From assembly GCF_963921235.1 (NCBI RefSeq), contig NC_086097.1, positions 149,174,001-149,238,000 of the forward strand: a stretch of DNA of 64,000 nucleotides, given 5' to 3'. The stretch comes from Mobula hypostoma. Lineage: Eukaryota. The notes beneath the pieces are model-generated. The model did no database searches and had not been told where the DNA came from. It was given only the letters and a program-made list of their open reading frames with translations. Both the position numbers and the translations under genes were made by a program. This document shows, one piece after another, positions 12,901-24,900 of the stretch (its first letter is position 1; the number at the start of each line of letters is the position of its first letter).

Positions 12901-15900
12901 TCTTTTTCTGGGAATAGGGAACTATTTTTGCCTCAATCCTTTTGAGGCCCATTTCTTCAGTTCGTTTTCCTGTACATCAATACCTGCATGCTTCCTAAAT
13001 TCATACGTCATTACCTATCCTGCAATTTCTATACTGCTCTCACCTTCATGAATGGCTCTTCTCTGCCTTCCCTTCCCTTTCTGGATATCTCCCTCTCCAT
13101 CTCAGAGATGTGACTAAACAAATATTCCTTACAAAACCACGGCAATCTTGATTATGTTTCCTCCCATCCAGAGAGAGGGAGAGGGAGAAAAATACAATGT
13201 GAGCATAGATAGCAGAGTTACCCTTTTGCCCACATCTCCTTGATAAGGTCCTCATGTGTAGCTGTGTTGCCCAGGGAAATATTAGGAGGAATAATTCCTA
13301 GAGGACTATAGATTATGTAAATGATACCAGGCCTTCTCTTCTGTGGTCTCTTTATTTCCAGTTATTAAAGAATAGAATGGTATGCTCAACGACTTGAGTT
13401 TCTTTGGTTTCTTGAGAAAATATCACTCTGGGTAAAGGACAAAAGCAGCAGTAAAACTCTTCAGATTGTCACATTTCTGAATCTTTGTACTATGATTAGT
13501 AATATCTGCATTTTATCATTCACAGCCTTCATCGTATTGAATGAAATGAGTTTGTAGAAGCTTAGAACTCAAGGTTGTAGTACTGTAGGCATTCAATATA
13601 AATATACTGTATATGCAAATACATACAATTGTGATTTGGAAATGAGTCACAGACATGACCAGCCTGAAGGACCTCAGGGAGAGGTTCAAAAGTGGCATCT
13701 CCCCAAATTCATTGCCACAAAATTTAATATACCCTGATTATTTGGAAGCAAGCAAAGCTTCACTGATTTGATCTCTTACTAAGCAAGTGGCCTTTATTTT
13801 AATTTAGGAAAAGTAATTTCACTGTAAAATGACATGACTTCAATTTGATGCAATAATTCTAGACTGGCAGGTATCACTTTCAAGTATGTCCTTTCCATTC
13901 AGTTACAGTGATAAGCAGCTGCTTAACTGAGCAATGTGCTTTGTTATCAGTGTGCTCTGGATTATTCAGGAGGGAAGGGCTGATAGATAGGACATAAAGA
14001 GAGGTAGATACACTGAAGGTGCACGACACAGGAAACTGGGTGACAGGAAGAGGAAAGGGGTTAAGGAGCCAGTGGAGCGTACCCCTGTGGCCATCCCCCT
14101 CAACAGCAGATGTATAACTTTGGATACTTTCGGGGGGCGGGAGGGAATGACCTAACAGAGGAAAGTCACAGTGGTCGGGTCTCTGGCACTGAGTCTGCCC
14201 CTGTGACTCAGACAGGAAGGGGGAAGAAGAAGCACACTGTGGTGATTGGGGATTAGTTAATTATGAGAACCGACAGGAGGTTCAATGGGTGAGAACAAGA
14301 TTCCGTGAGATGATATGTTGCCTCCCGGGTACCAGGTTCCAGGATATCTTGGATCAAGTCTTCAGCATTCTTAAGTGAGAGGGTGAATAGCCAGAAGTCA
14401 TGGTCCATGCAGGTACCTATGACACGGGTAGAATAAGTGGCGAGCTTCTGCATAGGGAGTACGGGGAATTAGCTGCTAAGCTAAAGGGCAGGACTTCCAG
14501 GGTTGTGATCTTAGTATTGCTACCCATACCATATGCTAGTAAAGCTAGAACTAGGAAGATTATGCAGTTTAATACATGGCTAAGGAGTTGGTGTAGGAGG
14601 GAGGGCATAAGCTTTTTGGATCATTGGGCTCTCTTCAAGAAAAGGTGGGACCTGTACAGAAGGGATAGTTTGCACCTGAACTAGAGGGGGACTAATAACC
14701 TAGCAGGAAGGTTTGTTAATGCTACACGGTGGGGTTTAAACTAGAGTTGCAGGGGGATGGGAACTAGATTGCCAGAACAGTTAGTGGAGAGGTTGTGGAG
14801 GCAGATGTTGGTAAGACCTCAGACAAAGTTAAGAATTAAAAGGTTGAGCATGATGTGACAAAATCGAAAGGGGTGAATACAGGACTGAAGGTGTTGTATC
14901 TGAATGCACACAGTGTACAGAATAAGGTAGATGAATTGCAACACAGTTGTAGGTTAGTAGGTATGATGTTGTAAGCATCACTGAATCATGGCTGAAAGAA
15001 GATTATAGCTGGGAGCTTAATGTCCAAGGATACACATTGTGTCAAAAAGGATAGACAGGAAGGCAGAGGGGGTGGCGTTGTGCTGATGGTAAAAAAAATA
15101 AAATCATATCATTAGAAAGAGGTGACATAGAATTAGAAGGTGTTGAGTCATTATGGATAGAGCTAAGGAACTGCAATGGTAAAAAGACCCTGACGGGAGC
15201 TGTATATAGACCCCCAAACAGTAGTAAGGATGTGGCCTACAAATTACAGTGGGAGATAGAAAATGCATGCTGAAAGGGCAATGTTACAGTAGTCATGGGG
15301 GACTTCAATATGTAGGTAGATCGGGAAAATCGGGTTGGTGCTGGATTACAGGAGGGGGAATTTCTGGAGTGCCTACAAGATGGCTTTTTAGAGCACCTCG
15401 TGGTTGAGCCCACTTGAAGATCAGCACCTCTGGATTGGGTGTTGTGCAATGAACCAGAATCGATTAGAGAGCTTAAGGTAAAAGAACCCTTAGGGGAAAG
15501 TGGAGGGGCAGGTGGCTCTGAGGAAGTAGAGAGGCTACAGAAGGATTTAGACAGATTAGGAGAATGAGCAAAGAAATTGCAGATGGAATACAGTGTCAGG
15601 AAGTGTATGGTCATGCACTTTGGTAGAAGAAAAGAAAGGGTTGACTATTTTCTAAATGGAGAGTAAATCGAAATAAAAACTGAAGCACAAAGGGATTGGG
15701 GAGTCCTTGGACAGGATTCCCTAATGGTTAATTTGCAGGTTGAGTTTGTGGTGAGGAAGACAAATGCAATGTTGGCATTCATTTCGAGAGGACTAGAATA
15801 TAAAAGCAAGGATGTAATGGTGAAACTTTATAAAGCACTGGTGAGGTCTCACTTGGAGTACTGAGAGCAGTTTTGGGCCCCTTATCTTTAAAAGGATGTG

Positions 15901-18900
15901 CTGAAACTGGAGAGGGTTCAAAGAAGGTTCACGAAAATGATTCCAGGATTGAATGACTTGTCATATGAAGAGCGTAGGATGGCTCTGGGCCTATATTCAC
16001 TAGAATTCAGGAGAATGAAGGGTGACCCCATTGAAACCTATCGAATGGTGAAAGGCTTTGATAGAGTGGATGTGGAGAGGATGTTGTTTTGACAAGAATG
16101 AAATATAATTCAGAGAGGTAGGGGTTCAGTGGTGTAGTTGCTCAGTATGGTCTGTTTTACCTTGTGAGTAGGAGAAGATTACAGTCCAAGTCCACAATGA
16201 TGGTATTAAAACCCCTCTCTGTGATTATTGGCTTCCAAAGTGAAATGAAACAGATATTTTCAACTCACTTCTAATTGGAATAGCACCTATTTCAAACTCC
16301 GATTTGAAAGTTGTGTGGAAAAAAATCTAGTGAGCAGAAATGTTGTAATCATTTGAGTTTGCACTTCTAACATTTGAAAGAATTGTTTGTTCATTACGTG
16401 GCATGTCGTACAACGTGGACAATCACAGTATTTCCATGCCTATTATTATTCTTGGCAAATTTTTCTACCGAAGTGGGTTGCCATTGCCTTCCTTTGAACA
16501 GTGTCTTTACAAGCCAGGTGACCCCAGCCATTGTTCAGAGATTGTCTGCCTACGTGACTTGCAGGCTAGCAGAGGGAAGGAGAGCCTTATACCTCCTTTG
16601 GTAGTGACATATCTCCACCCGCCACGCAAATTAATCTTCTGAATTACTTTAGATTATCTTAAACACTTCATGAGAATGGAATGAAGTATCATTTCTAGTA
16701 TAAGGAGAAGTTTTCAACATTTGATAGAATTATGACCAACTTTGTCATTAGATGGTGACAGAAGTATCACATGGATAATGTCCAATTCTTTGATAATCCC
16801 TGTGTTAGCATAACGTTAGTTGTCGCTTTCTAAACAGATAATCCCATCCCTTTGCACTGGAGTTTTCTAAAGAATGCTGCTTTATATTCTCATGAGCTAG
16901 CCAGTTAAGTTCATTTCCTTGTAAGCCAATGTGTTGTAAACTAGTTCTTCTCCACCTCTGGTTACGGATGCTGCTCCATTTGCTTTTCCATTCAAAGGAT
17001 TTTGGAACTGTAAGAAAATAGCATTCTGCAATGGGGTATAAAACCCATTATTCAGATACTTGCTCTCCACAAAAAAAGAAAAGGAATTTCCATAAGGGGA
17101 AGGAAGGTCATTAAAGTTACAAAAAGCCAATGGGGTCATCTTGAAATATTTTCTCCTCCCTTTTGGAGTTAATCCTGACCAGAATTTGAAAGATACCAAT
17201 AATGAGATAATTAAAACGAAGCTCAGTGAAATAAGGAGAATAAGCATACTCTGTTTGTTTTTTCCTCAGTGCATTTTAGAGAATGACGTTTGGTTAGGAT
17301 TCTCAACAAAAAAGTTAACTGCCCTGAGAATTACTACTCCTGGATATACTATAAAACAGAATCTTTACCTGCTTTCTATAATCAACTGATTTTTATGTAA
17401 CCTACATTATCTGTTTATACAGGAGATCAGGACGGGTTCAGCATTGTCGTATCCACTCTCGACAAGAAGCTGGCACAACAAAATTCTACCTGACTGACAA
17501 CCTGGTCTTTGACAGCCTTTATACACTGATCAGTCATTACCGGGAGGTTCCGCTGCGTTGTAATGAATTTGAAATGAGATTGACTGACCCAGTACCACAG
17601 CCAAATGCTCATGAAAGTAAAGAGTGAGTGTTATGCAGAATAAGGTTACACAAAGATGGAAGGGGGGAGGCATATTAATGCATTGGCAGGAACTCTACTG
17701 TGCATGTTGCATGGAAACCCCACAAAAATTCTTCAAGTATGTTGCCTTTCCCTGTGCTTTACTGTTTATACCTTTCTTTTTGGATTAAGAAATCTAATTA
17801 AGGTCCACAAAATGAGAATAGTATCAAGTCTGAGGAGTATAAGAGAAAATGTTCAAGGTGAATTTTAATTGTCATTCAACTGTACACATCTATACACCTA
17901 AACGAAACAGCATTCCGCTGGGGCAAAGGTGCAAAATATAGTCACACTCAGCACATATAGCTACAAAAGCATGTACAGTCGTGAAAATAATATTAGGACA
18001 AGTTCCTGAGTCACATGGCCTGAAGGTTAAAGGTGCATGGGATAGTGTCCTGGAGCCATGTGAGTCGAACCAAACAGTGCTTCACCGTTACCCAGCCCGG
18101 AGCATGAAAAAGCAGGTGCAGGGGTTTTCACTGTAGTTGCTTTCTTCTTGGAGAATCAGCCAAGGTGGATATTTATTGGCTCTAATGTTGCCCTGGTAAA
18201 TGTAATGGTGGGCTTTCAGGGACTGCAGAAAATCTTTGTGGTGAGGTGCTCCTTCAATACCTTTAGACAAGTATTTCCATGTTTTTGACCCACAAATAGT
18301 GAAAGATAAGTGATGTACAGTGTGTTCAAATTGGGCTGTTGTATGAATTGGAAAAAGGACTTGGTATACTAAAATATCCACAGGCCTGCCCTCTGAGATA
18401 TGGAGATCATAGGTTCCAGGAACTAGAAAAGAACCTACAGAACTCAAAGTGTGAAAATGTGGGGATACGTATTGATTGAGAAGAGAGTGCTTTGTGATAT
18501 AGGATCATAATTCTAAGGATAAATTGTTCTATTAGGTGGTACCATGCCAACTTAACACGGTTACAGGCTGAGCACATGTTAATGAGAGTGCCACGGGATG
18601 GAGCCTTCTTGGTCCGAATGAGGAACGAGCCCACCTCTTACGCTATATCTTTCCGGTGAGTGGTGATGAATTTTATGTCTGAATTAATACTTTTATAAGC
18701 TACACAGATTTTACTTTAAAGACATATACAGTTGAAATGGGCGATCATTCTGGCAGTCTATAAACAGTTCCTGTATAAGTTGACCATAACTATAAGCAAA
18801 CGACAAAATTTTCTATCTTTTGAAGGATCATAATAATATATTCACTTGGGTGATCTAATTCAAATCTAAGTCTGCTAGTATGAATTATTTTTCATTGGCA

Positions 18901-21900
18901 AAGGGAAAATAGTCCCAAATTAGGAGTAATTGGTACATATGGTCAGCTAGGCCAATGATTGATCTGAGGAGAGGGAAAATATTCATCCAGAATTTACTCA
19001 GAGTAGCTTGCTGCCTGCCTGCAGCCCGCACTTACTGTTTACCTCCTGTAAACCCTGTTCTTACCTGAGCAAATCTTTGGATGAGCACTTCAACAAGGAA
19101 GTAGTGCTAATTTGAAAAGCCAGGACCTTTCAATTGTAAATACCAAATGTATGGATGGGATTGCTGAACAACTTGTTGTAAGCTTCAGGACAAATTTCCA
19201 ATTGTGGAATTATAGAGGTTTGTGCTTCACTTCTGAATGCCCACTCCAATGTCAGAGCATGACAAGCTTAGCAGGAGCAGACAGCCACACTGATTCGTGG
19301 ATCTTCAGTATTCAGCCACGTTTCTGCACAGCTATAGATGTAAACACTTTTTGTAAACTTATAGGCCGTTATAAAACCCCACTAGGTGGAACATCCCTGA
19401 GCTTGAGGTATACCTGAAGAAAAATGTTGCAGTCCCAACAATAAGATCATAAGAACATAAGAAATAGGAGCAGGAGTAGGCCATCCAGCCCATTGAGCCT
19501 TCCTTGCCATTCAATAAGATCATGGCTGACCTGTCCATAAACTCAGCTCCATCTACCTGCCTTTTCCCCGTAACTCTTAATTCCCTTACTATGTAAAAAC
19601 CTACCTAGTTGTTTCTTAAATATATTTAGTGAAGAAGCCTCAACTGCTTCCCTGGGCAGAGAATTCCACAGATTCACCACTCTCTGGGAAAAACAGTTTC
19701 TCCTCATCTCCATCCTAAATCTTCTCCCCTGAATCTTGAGGCAATGTCCCCTAGTTCTAGTCTCACCTACCAATGGAAACAACTTTTCCTACTTCTATCT
19801 TATCTATCCCCTTCAAAATTTTGTATGTTTCTATAAGATCCCCTCTCATTCTTCTGAACTCAAGAGAGTATAGTCCCAGGCGACTCAATCTCTCCTCATA
19901 GTTTAACCTCTTCATCCCTAGAATCAACCTAGTGAACCTCCTCTGCACTGCCTCCAAAGCCTCAAGTATGGAGACCAGAACTGCACACAGCACTCCAGGT
20001 GCGGTCTCACCAGTAGTACCCTGTATAGTTGCAGCATGACCTCCCTGCTCTTGAATTCAATCCCTCTAGCAGTGAAGGCCAACATTCCGTTTGCCTTCTT
20101 AATAACCTGTTGTACCTGTAAGCCAACTTTTTGCGATTCATGCACAAGCACTCCCAAGTCCCTCTGCACAACAGCATACTGCAATCTTTCACCATTTAAA
20201 TAATAATCTGCTCTTCTATTATTCCTTCCAAGGTGTATGATCTCGCACTTACCAACGTTGTATTCCAACTGCCAGACCTTGGCTCACTCACTTAACCTAT
20301 CTATATCCCTCTACGGACTCTCCACATCCTCTGTCCAATTTGCTTTTCCACTCAGTTTAGTGTCATCAGCAAATTTTGCTACACTACACTCAGTCCCCTC
20401 TTCCAAATCATCAATGTAAATGGTAAACAGCTGTGGACCCAGCACTGACCTTTGCATCACCCCACTCATCACAGACTGCCAACTGGAGAAACACCCATTT
20501 ATACGAACTGTCTGCCTTCTATCGGTTAACCAATCCACTATCCATGCCAATACATTTCCTCCAACTCCATGCATCCATATCTTATTTATAAGTCTCTTGT
20601 GCGGCACCTTATCGAACACCTTCTGGAGATCCCAGTATACGACATCCACCTGTTCCCCACTGTCCACTGCACTCATTATGTCCTCAAAGAACTCCAGTAA
20701 GTTTGTCAAACAGGACCTGCCCTTTCTGAATCCATGCTGATCCTTCATCTTGAGCAGAAAGTTCACTGAATACATGTAGAATTATTCAAAAATGTTTTGT
20801 TAATCTAGTGAGTTGTGAGATCTTTAGTTCTTTTGTCATTAGTCATGCTTATAATGTACCTGATCGATGAAAATAGTTTCTAGGGTTATTTACTGAACCC
20901 ATCTGCTTGTGATTTCCAGGGCAGAGGGGAAAATTAAACACTGCCGTATCCAGCAGGAGGGACGCCTTTTCATGCTGGGAAGCTCTGCAGAATTTGAGAG
21001 CCTGGTTGACTTGGTGAATTATTACGAAAAGCACTCTCTGTACCGGAAAATGAAACTGCGATATCCAATCAATGAGGAAACGTTGGAGAAAATGGGCACA
21101 ACAGTAAGTCTGGAAAATGAGCAATATATTCCTTTATTTTTCCTTTTTTACCTGCTTTCCTGTTTTCCTGCTGCTCTTTGGTACTGGGCTGCATTTTCTC
21201 ATTCTGCGTGAAGAATGGGCCAAGGGACCTTCAGGCAGATGACTAGCTACTGATTAGAGCAGCAGGGAAGTGCCTTTCATGTTTAAGAACTTGCTGTGCA
21301 AAAACTTTAACCCTCTTGTTGTAACTTGCTTTGTGGACAGTAATATACGCACATATTCATGTGAATATGCACATATACAAAATACATAAACTCAAAAAAA
21401 AAACAAGCTGTCATATCAGACTGTCCATATCCCATGGAGAAAATGAGAAAGGTCCTTAGCAGGTTAGGTACACTGTTCATCAGATGAAAGATTTTTAATC
21501 TTACGTAAATGTATGAGAACATTGGGATACACTGGAGAGCACATGTGGAGTGGAGCAAATAATGTTTTAAATCTGAGAGTATTATCGACACCTTGAGATG
21601 ACCGGACTCGTCATTGGGAGACAGGAATATTTTCATGAGTGTGGGCAGATTTACTACTTTATGTTACTTAGCATCCTCCTTAAGAAACACAAGACTGTCG
21701 GAAAAACGCCACAAGGTTGCTTAGTTTTATAAATGAAATGAGAGCAAATAGCTGGGTGAGTTTTCAACAAGGCAATTTTGTACCCTATTTTTCTTGTTTG
21801 TTGATGCTTTTCGAGAGGGGAACGGTGGCAAGAAAATAACAAGAATCCATCTTACTTAGACAAAACAGTACTGGGGTCAATTAGCCTATCAGCTGCTTAT

Positions 21901-24900
21901 GATCAAGATGAATATAAAAAGAAGTATTAATGAAAAATGAATTAGGACAAACTCAATCTTATGTTGTTGCTCTTCTTGCTGTGGACATTTACTTAACAGT
22001 CTGTTTTTCTTGGCAACAAACAATCTTCTGAATGAACTCAGTGGGTCTGTGGGATGAATGGAATTGTACGTGTTTCAAATCAAAACACTACATCAGCATT
22101 CCTTTCCTCCCACAGATGCTGCTCGATCTGCTGAGTTCCTCCAACAGATTGTTTGTTGTGCCAGATTCCAGCCTCCACAGTCTCTTGAGTCTCCAGCTAT
22201 TCTCCAACTGACTACTATTTAATTTTCTTCCAGGAACTGGACTATGGAGCCTTGTACGAAATGCGGACTCCTCATTTTTATGTTGAAGCAAATAAGATGC
22301 CTACAGCAAGGGTAAGATAAAAGTCTTAGTCTTCAAGGTTTTTTTTGATAAAGGAAAAATTTTCCTTTCAGTATTAGAGTCAGGCTGGATCCTTTCACTC
22401 TTAGTTGTGAATGATAATTTGAAATAAGCCTGTTGACATCTTAATTAAGTTTCTTGTATGTGCTTGACTAATCTTCTGGAATTTTTTGAGGATGTAACTA
22501 TGAAAATGGACAAGGGAGAGCCAGTGGATGTAGTGTACCTGGACTTTCAGAAAGCCTTTGATAAAATCCCACATAGGAGATTAGTGGGCAAAATTAGGGC
22601 ACATGGTACTGGGGGCAGAGTAACGACATGGATTGAAAACTGGCTGGCTGACAGAAAACAAAGAGTAGCGATTAACGGGTCCCTTTCGGAATGGCGGGCG
22701 GTGACCAGTGGGGTACCACAGGGTTCAGTGCTGGGACCGCAGCTGTTTACAATATATATTAATGATTTAGATGAGGGAATTAAAAGTAACATTAGCAAAT
22801 TTGCCGGTGACACAAAGCTGGGTGGCAGTGTGAAATGTGAGGAGGATGTTATGAGAATACAGGGTGACTTGGACAGACTGGGTGAGTGGGCAGATGCATG
22901 GTAGATGCAGTTTAATGTGGATAAATGTGAGGTTATCCACTTTGGTGGTAAGAACGGGAAGGCAGATTATTATCTAAATGGAGTCAAGTTAGGAAAAGGG
23001 TTAGCACAACGAGATCTAGGTGTTCTTGTACATCAGTCACTGAAAGCAAGCATGCAAGTACAGCAGGCAGTGAAGAAAGCTAATGGCATGCTGGCCTTCA
23101 TAACAAGGGGAATTGAGTATAAGAGCAAAGAGGTCCTTCTGCAGCTGTACAGGGCCCTGGTGAGACCACACCTGGAGTACCGTGTGCAGTTTTGGTCTCC
23201 AAATTTGAGGAAGAACATTCTTGCTATTGAGGGAGTGCAGCGTAGGTTCACAAGGTTAATCCCTGGGATGGCGGGACTGTCATATGTCGAAAGATTGGAG
23301 CGACTGGGCTTATATACTCTGGAATTTAAAAGGCTGAGAGGGGATCTTATTGAAACATACAAGATTATTAAGGGATTGGACACGCTGGAGGCAGGAAGCA
23401 TGTTCCCACTGATGGGTGAGTCCAGAACCAGAGGCCACAGTTTAAGAATAAGGGGTAGGCCATTTAGAACGGAGTTGAGGAAAAACTTTTTCACCCAGAG
23501 AGTGGTGGATATATGGAATGCTCTGCCCCAGAAGGCTGTGGAGGCCAAGTCTCTGGATGCTTTCAAGAAAGAGATGGATAGAGCTCTTAAAGATAGTGGA
23601 ATCAAAGGTTATGGGGATAAGGCAGAAACTGGATACTGAATGTGGATGATCAGCCATGATCACAGTGAATGGCGGTGCTGGCTCGAAGGACCGAATAGCC
23701 TACTTCTGCACCTATTGTCTATTGTCTATGTAGAGGCAAATGGACACTGAAATGGTAGCTTTACTCAGACTACAGGGTGTCCAATGTGGGAAATGCAAAA
23801 TGTACATTTGTTAGTACTTTTGCTAATCCCTTGCATTGCTGGCAGGCATTTAAATGTACTCCCGTCTCAGTGGATATTTTGCATTTTGTTTGGGTATAGG
23901 CCCTGACATCCTGCCTTCAGAGAGCTGGTTCTCCTCACTGACCCCTGCCACAGGCTAAAGGACTTAATATCATCTAGTCACCCTCTACAGTCTAGACAGA
24001 AGCCTTAATGCCAGATTGATAAATTAAAGGGTGTTGTCTCAAAACGTCAACTGACACCTCTCCACTGATGCTGCCTGATCTGCTGGGTTCCCTCAGCATT
24101 TTGTCTGTGTTTCAAGGGAAAATGCAAGATTGCTTGATCCTGGTTTCTATGTGAGTATATAGTTTAGTTCAATGAAACTTAATATTTCCTTCCTTCTAGT
24201 GCACAGTTAAAGCTCTGTACGATTACAAAGCCCAACGAGAGGATGAGTTGTCCTTCTGTAAGCAGGCCATTATTCACAATGTCGACAAGCAGGAAGGCGG
24301 ATGGTGAGTTTGCTTAAGCAAGCAGATCTTCTACTTGAATTAGATTTTTGTTTTGTCAATTTGGATGTGACGCCAGTTTATATTGCTAATGACAATAAGG
24401 AAGCAGAGTAGAATATTGCTAAAGAGGATTGATTGTAACAAACTTTGAGAAGCAAAGATAGTAATGTGGGAAATATAAATCATCTGAATAAGCAAAGAAG
24501 AAAGAAAGGCAATGGGGGACTGGGAGGGGCAGAGGCTGACGGCTGGGAAAATGGGAACTGAGGAGATCTGGAACATTACAGACTGAGGCCCCAGTGTAAG
24601 ATCCTGACAGTTGGAAATTTAATTATGAACTGAAGGACCGGTGGTTGGGAATTGAGAGTAAAAGACTGAAGGTTTGGAGAAGGAAAGATCTAATATTCGT
24701 TGAATGCATATAAACTTTATCCTGTTTAAATTACTAGCAAATAGGTTTCTCAGTCATAACATAAGGAATCATGGAATAAGAAAATACTTGATGTTGAACG
24801 TAATTGACATTTGAAAGGACTTTTCCGGTTTGGTATTGATATTCTTCTAAATTTACGGTTCGCATTCCACTTGTTTGATTCCTGAAAAAATGTCTAATCA

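Noticed and set aside
19065..19413. Antisense exon (minus-strand tttttcttcag acceptor and cag|gtaaga donor)
   Set aside because: Stops in all three frames and no partner exons; such motif pairs arise by chance in 64 kb
23033..23605. Long antisense ORFs over CR1 copies (also 9232-9936, 20420-20740)
   Set aside because: Shadow frames of CR1 ORF2, recurring in every copy
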